Source of the DNA: the human T2T-CHM13v2.0 reference genome, Homo sapiens
NCBI RefSeq assembly: GCF_009914755.1
Contig: NC_060925.1
Strand: one strand, 5' to 3'
Length of the DNA stretch: 64,000 bases
Made by a program: the position numbers and the translations under genes. The notes under the pieces are model-generated. The model was not told where the DNA came from, searched no databases, and saw only the letters and a list, made by a program, of their open reading frames with translations. Positions 27,796-42,101 of the stretch are shown in pieces. The first letter of the stretch is position 1; each line of letters opens with the position of its first letter.

Positions 27796-30449
27796 TTTTA
27801 TTAAAGATTATAACATGTAAAGTAGCATGTTAGTTAAAATTCAAATATTTTATTTGGATATACTTATTTTCCCTAGAAAATGTCCTCTTTCCATAAACTG
27901 ATGGTCAAATATCATCTGAGAGAAAAACTATTTTTGATAAAGAAAATTAATAGTTTACATAAAATTTAAAAAAATTTATTTTTTCTTGCAAAACAGTTTG
28001 TAAATCTAGCTAACCCAATCTTTGCAATACTGCAGTATTCAAATTATTTGGCTTTGTAGCATTAGAAAGATTATCTATTTTCAGATGTAGTGTCAAAATG
28101 GATAGTGTTCTCTAACAGTTACACCTAGATGATTGCCAATACAAGATGGCCGCCAACTGTCATTCTTAGATCATCAAATAAATGTCTCTACATTTAATAG
28201 GACACGATGCTGATAAAGACATATGTTGACAGCATACAATACACCTTAGATATTCTATATGCCAAGTGGTAACACATTTTTTCCAAAGAGTAAAATGTCA
28301 TGCCAAAACATTTGTAAAATATCCGTTCTTTATATAGACCAATCTCTTTATTTTTCCTTAGGATTATTAATTGCATGAAGATTGCTGTATTTCATAATTA
28401 TAAGTAATGAAGTTTTTTATTTATCCAAAAAAAAAAACAACTGGGGATAACTCAGAAAGTTATTTGGAAAAGATAATTTATTTTTAACTATGTAGTAGTT
28501 ATTCATTTTTTCTGGCAATTTTGGTAATTATTTGCACAAGTCTTTTGGTTTTAATCATTAAAATATGCATGCAAAACTGTATTTCTAGCTTTCTCATTAA
28601 GTTTGAATCCTTGATCCACATCTGGGTAGACATTGTCTAAGTAATGTCCAACAAAATTGTGATCTTTGTCTAATTAATTGTAACACATAAATTGGTTTTT
28701 ATGTGGTTACTACTATTGTGAGGTTTTGTGTGTTTCATTTTTTCTCCCTCTATATTTTTATATATCTTTATTCTATACTATTTTTATTGTAATTAATGTT
28801 ATGTATATGCTACCAATATTTCTTATTAAACAACATAAATTTATTTTCTAAAAATGTAAAGTTAGAGATAAATTGATTTCTATAAATATTGTTATTAGAG
28901 TGAGAAATTTTCTCAGGTTGCAAGACATGAAAAGAGAAATATTTCTATTTTAAAATTCGCTGACACTTTTATTTGCAGGCTGTAACAGGTGGGTTTTCCA
29001 GGACTTGCCCATTACAGAACAAAATGAATCAAATATAATCAAATATAAAATGGCTTAGCATTCTGTGCTAATCCTATCTACTGACTGAATTTTATATTCA
29101 GTGAAAATAGGAAACATACACAACAGAAAGTCATTTACAAACAGGTTATCTTGACCTAATGAAATATGCAAATTACTTCCTTCTTTTTGTATGGTACCAG
29201 TTATTAGCATTCTCTATTATTGTGGAATGCACTCTGACACACTTCATGTTGCTACTTACATTTAAGGAAGATTTCCTAAATTCAAATGAATATTCTCTTT
29301 TAATAAAATAGCAAACATAAACTGATTTTTTTTCTGTTTTAATAAAAATAACTTTTAGATAAGTTATTTACTTGCATTTGTTTAATTTTTCACATTACAT
29401 TGAATCAGCCTTTGAAAGTAACCTAAAACTCCATTCCAATTTTTATTGTCTATGTAGAGTATAACAGGATTTGAATTTCAAGCCTGTAGATAAGAATAGA
29501 CAAATTAGTATGTCTTGCACCTAAAAGTGAAGAATTCCCAGCAGAAACATGTAAAGAGTGCACTTGCACATAATTCCAAAGCTTTCCCAACCATCAGGGA
29601 AATGAAATAAGCTGGTGCATTTCCTTACAATCATGGTACTTAGAATAAAGACCATCAACTTACAAGAGCCTGTGAGTGGTGATAATATTTTAGAATTATT
29701 TTCCCAATGTAATAGCTGCCTCATTACTTCTTATATTTTGTTTATCTGTTATGAGGCAAAAAAAAAATGTTTCTCTTAACCAAAAGCTTTTCTCAAAACT
29801 ATTACATGTGCTCTTTCATATATCTTACTAGTTTTAAAAAGAGTCCAATATAAATACAGTATTTTACCAATTGTTTAGTTCCAAGAAAAGTGAATGTGGT
29901 TTTACTGAAGATATAATTTATGAATAAAATGTTTGGGTTCATTATTTAGCTATCTATACCCTGAAATTAAAAATAATATAAATATTTTTCTGTGATGAAT
30001 TCTTAAGTTTACAGCAAAGTAGGGCAACTTCTCAAGTGAAATATGAATCAGCTAAATACATTTGACCACTGATTACAGCAAATAATTCAATGTTGTAATT
30101 TTCAATATTAGAAATAGTTTCAGGGATACTATATCAGAAAATAGATTTATTCTGTAGATCACTGTTTTCCCAATATCGACATAACGGCATCCACTATGGC
30201 AAGAGCCTTTGGTTATAAACCTAAGATGAACAGTCCAAATGTGAGATAAGATTAAGAAGTCTGACTTTTGTTAGGACTGGCTTCTAATCAGTACTTCAAA
30301 ATCTCTGGTCAATGAATGTTCCAGATCAAATATTTACCAATTTGCTACTAATTTAAACACATAACATGTAGTGAGCTTTGAAAATATTAATCTATTCAAT
30401 TATTCTGTCAGTATGTCCTTCAGAGTATTTAGTTGCCAAAGTGCTAATT

Positions 30450-31190
30450 TTTTATTTTATTAAATTACACGAATACAGAAAAATATAAATATTGTAAGTG
30501 TATAACTCAGAATTTTCAAAAACTATATACACCATATAGCCGGGCTCCTAGATAAAGAAATAATACATTTTTGGTACCAAAAGAGCCTCCCAGACTCTCA
30601 TCCATCACATCAGCCCTTGCTTAGGCAAAGGCATCATTGCCCTGATTCATAATAGTACAGGTAAGCTTTGCTTGTTTTATACTTAATATAAATGGAATCA
30701 TATATGTATTTTTAAGTTTGGCTTCTTTTGTTCAATGTGATATTTCAGAGATTTATTCATATTTTGGATAGTCCATTCCTTCAAGCTTTATACAATTCCA
30801 TTGTGTAAATATACCATGATTTTAAAATCATTTTTAATTGATGTGTATTTTATTGTAATTTGAAGAATTATAATTGTATACATTTATGAGGTAACACTGG
30901 ATGTTATTATATATGTATATAATGAAGAATGAGTAATTCAAACTAATTAACATATCTACCACCTCAAATACTTATTTTTTTATGGTGAGAATATTTGAAA
31001 TATATTAGAAATATATTCTGTTGGCAATTTTGAAACATACATTTTATTAACAAGTCAACATGCTATGCTATAGATCTCAAAACCTATTTTTCCGGTCTAA
31101 CTGAAACTTTGCAACATTTGATGATCACATCCTCATACCTCCCCCCACCCTCCTTGTCCCCTCTATTCACCAATGTCTGCTTCCATTATT
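30450..31190 (-). mobile_element. Old L1 3' fragments (L1ME/MC-like 30450-30840; L1MA-like 30845-31190)
   Basis: Antisense L1 3'UTR text (aaatggaatcata..., ctaattaacatatc...tctaactgaaactttg). Confidence 0.75.
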
Positions 31191-31966
31191 TTGGTTGTTT
31201 TTAATGCTCTATTTTGATCAAATAAATCTTAAGGGAGCCTACATTTACTAACTCTTCCTAAATCTATTTACCCTTTCATTGTGTAATTTGTGTTATTTCC
31301 AACAACAACAACAAAAGCAAAATATTTTGTTGAAGCCATCATTGTGTTTTCTCTTGTCTGGAACATGTTTTGTCACCTTCACACAGTACTAGGATAATTC
31401 CTTTGGGACCAACTCCATTCAGGACTGCCAGTGCTCTCATTATTTACAACGGCAATGCAAATAGGGGATTCAGGCACAACTAAGAGCCAAGAATAAAGCA
31501 GACCTAGCAGTAAAGAATCACGGAGCAAGCATATTTAACTATAAATGAAAAAAATTGGACAGATAAAACTGGAATTAATAATTAATCCTTCAATGCAATT
31601 CACAGACATTTACCCATAAGAAACAACAGCAAACAGGAAACCATGACCTCCTCAAAAAGACAGAACAAAAATTGAGTGACTGACCCAAACAAGATGCTGA
31701 TTTGTGAGCTCTCTGACCAAGAATTCAAAACAGCAGTTTTCAGGAAACTCAGTGATCTCTAAGATAACACAGAAAAGCAATTCTGAAATTTATTAGAGAA
31801 ATTTAACAAAGATATTAAAATAATAAAAAATCAAACAGAAATCATGGAATAGAGAAATACATTTCCTGAACTGAACAATTCATTAGAGGTCTCAACAGTA
31901 GAATGGACCAAGCAGAGAAAAGAATCAGTGAGCTAAAAGACTGGCTATTTGAAAATACATAGTCAG

Positions 31967-32289
31967 GGCCAGGAATGGTGGCTCACGCCTGTAATCCCAG
32001 CACTTTGGGAGGCCGAGGTGGGTGGATCACGAGGTCAAGAGATCGAGACCATCCTGGCCAACATGGTGAAACCCTGTCTCTACTAAAAATACAAAAATTA
32101 GCTGGATGTGGTGGCGGATGTCTGTAGTCCCAGCTACTCAGGAAGCTGAGGCAGGAGAATCGCTTGAACCTGGGAGGTGGAGGTTTCAGTGAGCCAAGAT
32201 CTCACCACTGCACTCCAGCCTGGGTGACAGAGTGAGACTCCAAAAAAAAAATTAAAATAATAATAATAATAATAAATTTTAAAAAAAGG
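31967..32289 (+). mobile_element. AluSc
   Basis: ggatcacgaggtcaagagatcgagaccatcc diagnostic; TSD gaaaatacatagtcag / gaaatacacagtcag. Confidence 0.92.
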
Positions 32290-32626
32290 GAAATACACAG
32301 TCAGAGGGAAACAAACAAGCAAACAAATGAAAAACATGAAAAGGAACAAAGACCACCTATAAGATACAGAAAATTACCTCAAAAGACCAAATTGAAGAAT
32401 TATTGGTATTCAAAAGTGAGCTGAGCAAGATCAAGGAGTGGAAATTTTAGTCAAATAAATAATGAAAAACTGTGCAAAGCTTGAGAAATATTCAGGTATA
32501 GAACGATCTGGGAATACTAGTCAGATTCAATCCCGATAAGACTACCTCCAAGGCATATAATAACCAAACTCCCTAAGATCAATGAAAAAGAGAGAATCCT
32601 AAAAGCAGCAAGAGAAAAGAAGCAAA

Positions 32627-32958
32627 AAGGATGAGTTCATGTCCTTTACAGGGACATGGGTGAAGCTGGAAACCATCATTCTCAGCTAACTATCGTAAGA
32701 TCAGAAAACCAAACACTGCATGTTCTCAATCATATGTGGGAGTTGAACAATGAGATCACACGGACACAGGGAGAGGAACATCACACATCAGGGCCTGTCA
32801 GGGGTTGGGGGCTAGGGGAGGGTTAACATTAGGAGAAATACCTAATGTTGGTGACGGGTTGATGGGTGTAGCAAACCACCATGGCCCGTGTATACCTATG
32901 TAACAAAACTGCACGTTCTGCACATGTAACGCAGAACTTAAAGTATAATTTTTTTTAA
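32627..32958 (+). mobile_element. L1PA (about PA6-7) 3' end inserted in the older L1
   Basis: L1PA 3'UTR; TSD aaaagaagcaaa on both sides. Confidence 0.9.
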
Positions 32959-33376
32959 AAAAGAAGCAAATAACATAAAAGACATAAAAGGAGCTTCAAT
33001 TTGTCTGGCGACAAACTTCTCAATGGCATTTTCAATGTGTTCAAAGATAAAAAAAATTGCAACTCAAAAATATTGTATTAGGCAAAATCATCCTTAAAAC
33101 ATGAAGGAGAGATAAACTATTTCCCAAATAAACAAAAATGGAGAGAATTTACCACCACCAGACTCATCTTACAAGAAATGATAAAGGAAGCTCTTCAGTC
33201 TGAAAGTAAAAACATACAAATATGCCAAAAAAAAGTTTTCAAGGCATAAATCCCACTGGTAAAATTAAGTACAAGGACAAACTCAGAATACTCTGTCACT
33301 TTAATTTTGGTGTGCAATTCTCTTGTAACCTCATATGAAGCCCAAAAGTAAAATCTGTCAAAAACAGTAATAGCTA

Positions 33377-33739
<363 letters not shown>

Positions 33740-36700
33740 TTAGTTTGTTATCCAAGGTAAGTTGTCTTCTCTTTAGCATAACTTACTATATCTATAAGAT
33801 GATTTTTGTAAGCCTCATAACTTGAGATAAATTCATGGAAAATGAAAAGCAACAAATTAAAACACACTACCAATGAAAATCACTTAATCACAAAGAAAGA
33901 CAGTAAGAAGAGAAGAAGAGACTAAAACGAACCAGAAAACAAGCCACAAAATGGCAGTAGTGTGCACTTATTTATCAATAATAACACTGAATGTAAATGA
34001 TCTCACTTCCCCAATTATAACGTGTATAGTGGCTGAATGAATAAAGAAGTAAGACCCAACTATATGTTGCCTTCAAAAAATCCACTTAATGTAGAAAGAT
34101 ACACATAGACTGAGCGTGAAGGGGTGGAAAAAGATACTCGATGCAACTGGAAAACAAAGGAGCAGGAGTAGCTATACCTATATCAGACAAAATAGATTAA
34201 AAATCTAAGATTTAAAAAGACATAGGAGGTCAATATAAAATGATAAAGGGGTCAATACAGCAAGATAATATAACAATTATCAATAGTTTTATGCCCAACA
34301 ACAGAGTTTCCTATAAGTATATAAAGCACACATTAGTAGAGCTAAAAATATATATAAGACTATAATAAAATAACAGCAGGGGAATTTAACACCCTCGTAT
34401 CAGTAATGAACATATCATCCAGACAGAAAATCAAGAAAGAAAGAGCACAGTTAAACTACGCACTAGATCTAATGGGCCCTAGATGACATTAACAAAACAT
34501 TTCACCCAACTGCTGCAGAATATACATTCTTTCCTTCAGTGCATGGAACATTCTTCAGAATAGGTCATATCTTAAGCAACAAAAAAGTCTGAATAAATTA
34601 AAAAATAAAAATCTTATCAAGTAACTTTTCTGACCACAATGGAATAAAAACCACAAATTGAAAACAAGAGGAACCTTGGAAAATACACAAACACATAGAA
34701 ATAAAACATCCTACTGGACAGCTAATGAGTCAATTAAAAAAATAAGAAGGCAATTAAAAAAAACAAATGAAAACAAAAATACAACAAACCAAAACTTGAG
34801 ATACAATAACATCTATATCAAGCGGGATGTTTATAGTAATAAATGCCTAAATTAAAAGAGTATAAAGACTTCAAATAACCTAACAATGAACCTCAACGAA
34901 CGAGAAAAGCAAGAATAAACCAAACCCCAAATTAATAGAAGAAATAATAAAAATCACAGCAGATATGAATAAAGTTGAGACAAAAAAATACATAAGATCA
35001 ACAAAAGGAAAAGCTGCATGTTTGAAAAGATATTAACAAACCCTTAGCCAGATTAAGAATAAAGGAAGAAGAGGCAAATAAATAAAATAAGAAATGAAAA
35101 AGGGAAATAAATGAAATTTATACTAGAAAAATACATAAGATCAATGATAGAAAAAGTTGGGTTTTTGAAAAGATAATCAAAACTGACAAATTCTTTGTCT
35201 AAGAAAAAAAAGACCTAATTAAATAAAATCAGAAATGAAAAAGGAGACATAACAACTGAGAACCCAGAAGCACAAAGAATCGTTAGAGACTATTGTGAAC
35301 AACTGCATGCCAACAAATTGGAAAACTTGGAAGAAATGAATAAATTCCTGGACACACACAACTTACCAAGATTGAACAATGAAGAAATAAAAAAAAAATT
35401 AACAAGCCAAAAATCAATATGGCTATCAAAGAGATAATTCAAAGTCTTCCATCAAAATGAAGCTCAGGATCATTGGCTTCACTGCTAACTCTACCAAAAT
35501 TTAAAGAAGAACCAATATCAGTTCTACCCAAATTCTCCAAAAATTTGGAAGGAAGGTAATACTCCAAACTCATTATATGAGGTCAGCATTACCCTGATAC
35601 TAAAACCAGACAAAAACATGACAAGAAACCAATAAGAACACTACAGATCAATATCACTGATGAGCAGAGATGCAAAGATAATCAACAAAACACTAGCAAA
35701 CCAAATTCAACAACACATTAACATGATCAAGTGAAATTCATCCTAGGGATACAAAGATGGTTCAACACATGCAAATCAACAAACGTGATGCATCACATTA
35801 GCAGAATCAAGAAAATAAACATATCATTATTTCAATAGATGCCAAAAAAGCACTTGATAAAATTGAACAACAGTTCATGATAAAAACTCTCATCAAAATG
35901 GGTATAGAGAGAATACACTTCAAAATTATAAAGGCCATGTATGACAAACCCACAGTTAACACTGTGCTGAATGAGAAAAATAATTTTTTCTTATGAGAAA
36001 GGCCTTTTCTTTAAAGACTGGAACAAGATAAGAATGCTTACTTTCACCACTTTTATTCAACATGACATGGAAAGTCCTCTCCAGAACAAGTAGGGAAAAG
36101 AACTAAATAAAAAGCATAAAAACTGGAAAGAAGAAGTCAAATTAGCGTTGTTTGTAGACAACACAATTTCATACCTAGAAAAAACCTCAATAAAAACAAT
36201 GTTAAAATTGATAAAAACATTCAGTAAAGTTGCGGGATACAAAATAAACTACAGAAATCAACAAATAATCTGAAAAAACAAGAAAGCAACCTCATTTACT
36301 ATGGCTACAACTGTATAAAATACCTCAAAGCAATCAAACCAAATAATGGAAAGATCTATATAAGAAAAACTATGAAATTCTTATGCAAAAAGTACAAGAA
36401 AACACACAAATAATGTAAAGATATTTCATATGTATGGATTGGAATATTTAATGTTGTTAAAATGACAATACTACTAAAGCAATTTACGGATTCAGCACAA
36501 TCCCCATCAAAACAGTGGCATTCTTCACAGAAATAGAAAAAAAAAATTATAAAATATGTGCAGGACATCAAAAGATACCCAAATAACTAAAGTAATCATG
36601 AGCAAAAAAGAACAAAGCTAGAATCATCACACCACCTGACTTCAAATTTACTACAAAGCTATCACAATCAAAACAGCATAGTACTGGGATAAAAGCAGAC

Positions 36701-38490
36701 ACATAGACCAATGGAATAGAATAGAGAACCATATATATATCCACACATTTACAGCCAACTCAACTTTGACAAAGACTACACATACGTTGGGGAAAAGAAA
36801 ATCTTTTAAATAAATATTGCTGGAAAAAATGGATAATTTTATGCAGAAAAAATCTAGACCCCTATCTCTCACCATACACAAAAATCAAATAAAAATAAAT
36901 TATAGACTTAAATCTAAAACTTAAAAATATAAAACTAAAAACGAAATTATTTAGGAAACACTACAGGACATTGGTCTGGGCAAAGATTTTTTTGTTTGTA
37001 AAACCTCAACATTACAGACAACTAAAGCAAAAAATAGACAAATGGAATTATATCAAGCTAAAAAGCCTCTGTACAGTAAACAATCAGCAAAGTGAAGAGA
37101 TAACCCACAGAATGGGAGAAAATATTTACAAACCATTCATCTGTCCAGGGATTAATAACCAGAATACATAAGGAGCTCAAACAACTAAATAACCAAAACA
37201 AAATACTAAAAACCAAAACTAATAACCCAATTAAAGACTGGGCAGAATATCTGAATACATATTTCTCATAAGAAGACATAAAGATGGCAAACAGATATAT
37301 GAAATAATGCTCAACATCACTAATTATCAGAGAAATGCAAGTCAAAACTACAATTTAAAATGGGTTGTATCAAAAGACAGGCAATAACAGGTGCTGGTGA
37401 GGATGCAGAGAAAGGGGAACCCTTCTACACTGTTGGTGGAAATATAGATTAGTAGAGCCACTAAGGAGAACTCTATGGAGTTTGCTCAAACACCTAAAGT
37501 AGAAGTACCATATTATTAATCTCACTACTGAATATATATACAAAATAAAGGAAATCAGTATATTGAATATATAGCTGCACTCCCTTATTTATTGCAGCAC
37601 TATTCCCAATAACCAAATACGGATTCAATTTAACTGCCCATCAGTGGATGAATAGATTAAGAGAATGTGTTATATATACACAATGGAATATTATTCAGCC
37701 ATAAAATAGAATGAAATCTTGTCATCTGCAACAACATGGATGGAACAAGAGGCCTTTATATTAAGTGAAATAAGTCAATCACAGAAAGACAAATATTCTA
37801 ACCCACATGTTCCCACTCATATGTGGAAGCTAAAAAAAGTAGAACTCATGAAGATAGAGAGTAGAACGGTGGTTTCCAGAGGCCAGGAAGGGTAGTGGGG
37901 GCTGGGAGAAAATGCAGGGAAAATAAAAGAATAAAAATGTATTTATTAAGTGTGCTTAAAAATCGCAAAGATAGTAAATTTTATATGTATGTTTTAACCA
38001 AGTAAAAATAAAACAATCATAACAAAACTCACAAAACACTATAAAATTAAAATTTAGATAACTTCATTGTAGAAATAAGTGAAGTGAAAATAAGCACTAA
38101 TGAGAATCATGTTGAAAAAGGTATAGAACAAATGCTGTCTTCATTTTGCTGCACAAGAGAAAAGCAGACACTAGAAAAGTAGAGAAAAACCTCAGAGGTA
38201 TCAGATGATAACTTAAAATTTCTTGTACTGAGAAAAGCAAGAACTTTATTTATTAAGTGACTAATACATCAACTTAGGATCAGGCTAAACTCTAATGCCA
38301 ATAGTACATAGCAATACACAAAGCACTAGTTAATAACCAGTAGTAAAAGCAATGAAAATGTCCATTTGAAAGAATAAAAAAATGAAAATCTTTCCAACTA
38401 TGTAATAGTTTCTTGAAAAAGGACAAATTAGCCATTTCAATATATTTTTTGTCAATATTTAAAAGTGTTATATTAAAATACATGTCTTAC

Positions 38491-38727
38491 CTGATTCCTC
38501 AAAGTCACTGTTGTAAGCTTTCCAGGTTTCAGTTATTCGAAGAAGATTCTCTTCCATGGCTTGAATGTCCATGGAGGGGCAGTTGCATTCTGGAAATTTG
38601 GGACCACAGTGACACCAGCAGTCATTTTCCTTGCAGATAAACTCTCCCTCTGAATTGCAAGCAATGTAGCTCAAAGCTGCTTGTACAAAACGTTCCTGAA
38701 GATAGTCTGGGAGAAGTACTTGAAGCC
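38491..38727 (-). CDS. BRINP3: BRINP3 internal coding exon, 237 nt, phase 1 to 1 (exon 6 by my recollection), Cys-rich segment: (G)LQVLLPDYLQERFVQAALSYIACNSEGEFICKENDCWCHCGPKFPECNCPSMDIQAMEENLLRITETWKAYNSDFEES
   Basis: Core of ORF 38468..38803(-); acceptor tttgttcttcaag|GG, donor TCAG|gtaaga; in frame with the 106-nt exon. Confidence 0.96.
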
Positions 38728-40579
38728 CTTGAAGAACAAACAAAGAAATTAACAAATTTACTTTGTTAAAGAAAAAATTAAAATACTTATTTATAATATT
38801 CAATCAAAACAGTAAATAATTTAGTGTATTAAATTTTGAATTATGTATTTTTAAACTATCAGAAAAATATCTAAGTCTATATGCTGCAAATATTTATAAC
38901 TCTTTCAACATATTCTGACTCCATGAATATGAAACTTCAGAAATAGAGATGATTAATCATGGAGATGATTGAAAACTCAGACTATTTGATGTAATTTATC
39001 ACAATATTTGGTTATTTTTACATAATATAGATGGAGCCTATCTTTCTAAACCTTTGAAAATACACATATGCATTTATTTTCTACCAGTTGATTTCAAATG
39101 GTTTTCAATATTTTCATTTTGTTTGCAGACTATCAGCCCACATCAATGTAAATATCATATAATGGGTTGTGCCATTGATAAAATACATATTGAATGTTGA
39201 TGGTAAGGCTTATCTCATGCCATTAACAACATATAAGTTATATAATTCTATTTTTCAAGAGTGAGTACCAAAAATAACTACAGGAATCAGATGGACTGAT
39301 TTAGTTATTTCACAGTTTATTTTTTGCCATGTGTCAACAGTCCTAGTGATATAACTCATTAGTTTTCTAGAAACATGTTTAGTAAAGTTGCTATCTCTTA
39401 AAAAACTGTCCAAAATATTGTAAAATTAAGATTTGGGCTTTTCTCAGGGTGTAGCATTTATTACGATATTTCAAAAATGTAGTTTTTCAGTATGTCTGGC
39501 TACTTAAGAATACTTAAATACTAAATATTTAAACAAATAAGTAGGTAAAAATGAATACAAAGCTAAGGAAAAATCTGGTAATAGCAAAGTGTTACTTACC
39601 AGAAAACTGAATTTTTATAATTTCACATGTTTTCTGTTTAACAAAAAAATCAATGTTGACCCTTGACTATTATCTTAGAGGTTGATTTAATAAAAATCAT
39701 TGATTAACATTTAGAAAAAAATTAATTTACAAATATGTTGACAAATTGCAAAATTTCCTTTGCAAATTGTTGGAAAAAGTACTCTTAGAACTTATATATT
39801 CGATTTCATATTAATTTTCATTTCACCTGGAATAAATATTTATTGAACAGTCTCATTTTGAATAAAATTGCTAGGTAAGATACAAATATGAGGGTGACTG
39901 AGAAATTTATTTGTCACAGAGATATCTGCAGTATATTTAAGAAAAATAAAAGATGCAACTATATAAGATACATGTGATTCAATAAATATAATTAATTGGC
40001 TAAACAATTATATTAAGTTCACAAAAGTAAAAAAACTTTTTATTAAAAAGTTAGGCATTGAACATTATTTGACAGATGTATAGTTTTCAATATTGAGTGA
40101 CTGTGCTGAAGAGTGATACATTAACAGCATCACACACAGATAAAAAGCTGGGTTATATATTAATATATTTTGGAAATGAAAGTAGTAATATTGTTTCATT
40201 GCAAATGGGCTATAAGAATACAATGAAAGAGGTGCTTACACACATAAATGAGGAGTCATGTTGTTGGGATTCCTATGTCAGGGAATATAGAATTAATTCA
40301 TTTAGATTTAAATTAATTTTACCATGTGGGATACTAAGAGTGGTACCCATTTGGAAGTAGAAGGTAAAGAAATATATTAGAGTTGACTAATTTTTAAGAT
40401 TAGATTTAAGATCTTTAAGAAGACTGAAAAAATCCACACTAGGGAAAGAAATTAAGGTAATAGAGGAATAGTGAGAATCTGCTAGATAGTACTGTATTTG
40501 ATCTAAGGCAAGTAAAAAGTGTTAAAATACTTAGAGGCATAAAATGATACATTCAGAAATTTTCTTAATCGTCTAGTCC

Positions 40580-40768
40580 TATGGTTTACCAAATTACTGC
40601 ACATTTCAGATACACCTAGTGATTTTTTTTTTTCTGAAAACTTAAAGTGCTAAAAACAATTTGAATAATTCAGAGTCTTTGCTCAAGGAACTCAGGAATC
40701 AGTATATATTTATTAAAAGACCTAAGGTAACAGTAATTGAGTGTGGACTAGATACTTGTAAACTACTT
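40580..40768. mobile_element. MER5-like hAT MITE remnant
   Basis: actgcacattt...cacctagtga...aattcagagtct...caggaatcagtatatattt pattern. Confidence 0.45.
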
Positions 40769-41565
40769 ATCCATTTTAATCTTAATTTCACACACAAAAA
40801 AACCAAAGAACTCGCGTACCATTTTCATAGTCATAAAGCACATCATTGCATTACAACGTTGAATCTGTAAGACGGTAGTGCTTTTGGAGAAATAGAGAAG
40901 GCAGGAGAAGTAATTTGGGGAGGAATGATTGGTGGCAAGAAATGGTGAGTTCCGCTTTAGAAACACAAATACTCCTGCTATGATGATACATACATACACT
41001 GCTAAAAGAAGGAAACTCACATTCTGTAAAACCATTATAAAATTAAAGAGTTTTGAGAAAAGAGGTTTAGGGACGCAGCGCTCAAAACACTTGAATTTTA
41101 TAACCAGACCACCGATAAGAACTAGTTGGTTCCTAGAGAGATAGCTTGGCCTGCTCTGACAAACAACTCGGAGTGGTTCAGGGCTGGCCACGGAATTTTC
41201 TTTTTTTTTCTGCTATGTACAGAAACAGGAAAGCAGGAATACTGACAGCACTATATTTAGACCAGGTCTACCTAGTGCTGGAACAATGCTTAACAAAGCT
41301 TAGTTTTGAGCCTATGTGCTTCCTGTAAAAGCCAGGATGTGAGGGCAACTGCTACAAGCTGAGAACCACAGAGTAAAATATGAATGTTTCCGGTGTGAAA
41401 GGACTAGTTTGTTTTCAACCCACCTTCTCATGGAACCAACTAGGAAATCTAGGTAAAGTATTAAAAATAATCTGAAGAGATAACAAGGACAAAAATGAAG
41501 TGAGAATTTCTGGGGTTAACCTGGAAATAAGGTAATCCTACAGGCAGAGTGAGCCCAATATTGGG

Positions 41566-41912
41566 TTATATGGTTTGGCTCTGTGTCCCCCACAAAATCT
41601 CACTTTGAACTGTAATAATCCCCACATGTCGTGGGAGGGACCCAGTGGGAGGTAATAGAATCATGGAGGAAGGTTTTCTCATGATAGTGAATAAGTCTCA
41701 GAAGATGTGATGGTTTTATAAATGGGACCTCCCCTGCACAAACTCTCTCTTGTCTGCCCCCATATAAGATGTGACTTTGCTCCTCCTTGCCTCTGTCATG
41801 ATTGTGAGGCATCCTCGGCCATGTGGAACTGGAGTAAATTAAACCTATTCTCTTTAGAAATTACCCAGTCTCAAGTATGTCTTTATTAGCAGCATAAGAA
41901 CAGACTAATATG
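41566..41912 (+). mobile_element. THE1C-like solo LTR
   Basis: tatggtttggctctgtgtcccc...cagactaata; perfect TSD ttggg. Confidence 0.92.
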
Positions 41913-42051
41913 TTGGGCATATCTTTTCCATTAGAGTTCTGCCCAGAACAAAGTACAAATTGACATTTATACCAACCATGACAGAGATAGTAACTTCCTC
42001 AGGATTTAGTTACTAGATGAGCTACATACCCAGAGTAAAGAAAAACAAAAC

Positions 42052-42055
<4 letters not shown>

Positions 42056-42099
<44 letters not shown>
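42056..42099. repeat. (CA)22 microsatellite
   Basis: Read directly. Confidence 0.95.

Positions 42100-42101
<2 letters not shown>

Noticed and set aside
38413-38640. Plus-strand 75-aa ORF overlapping the exon
   Set aside because: Antisense shadow of the BRINP3 exon; no independent support.
40763-41191. 142-aa minus-strand ORF as a gene or extra BRINP3 exon
   Set aside because: Non-ATG start, no recognisable domain, and the flanking exons already join in frame without it.
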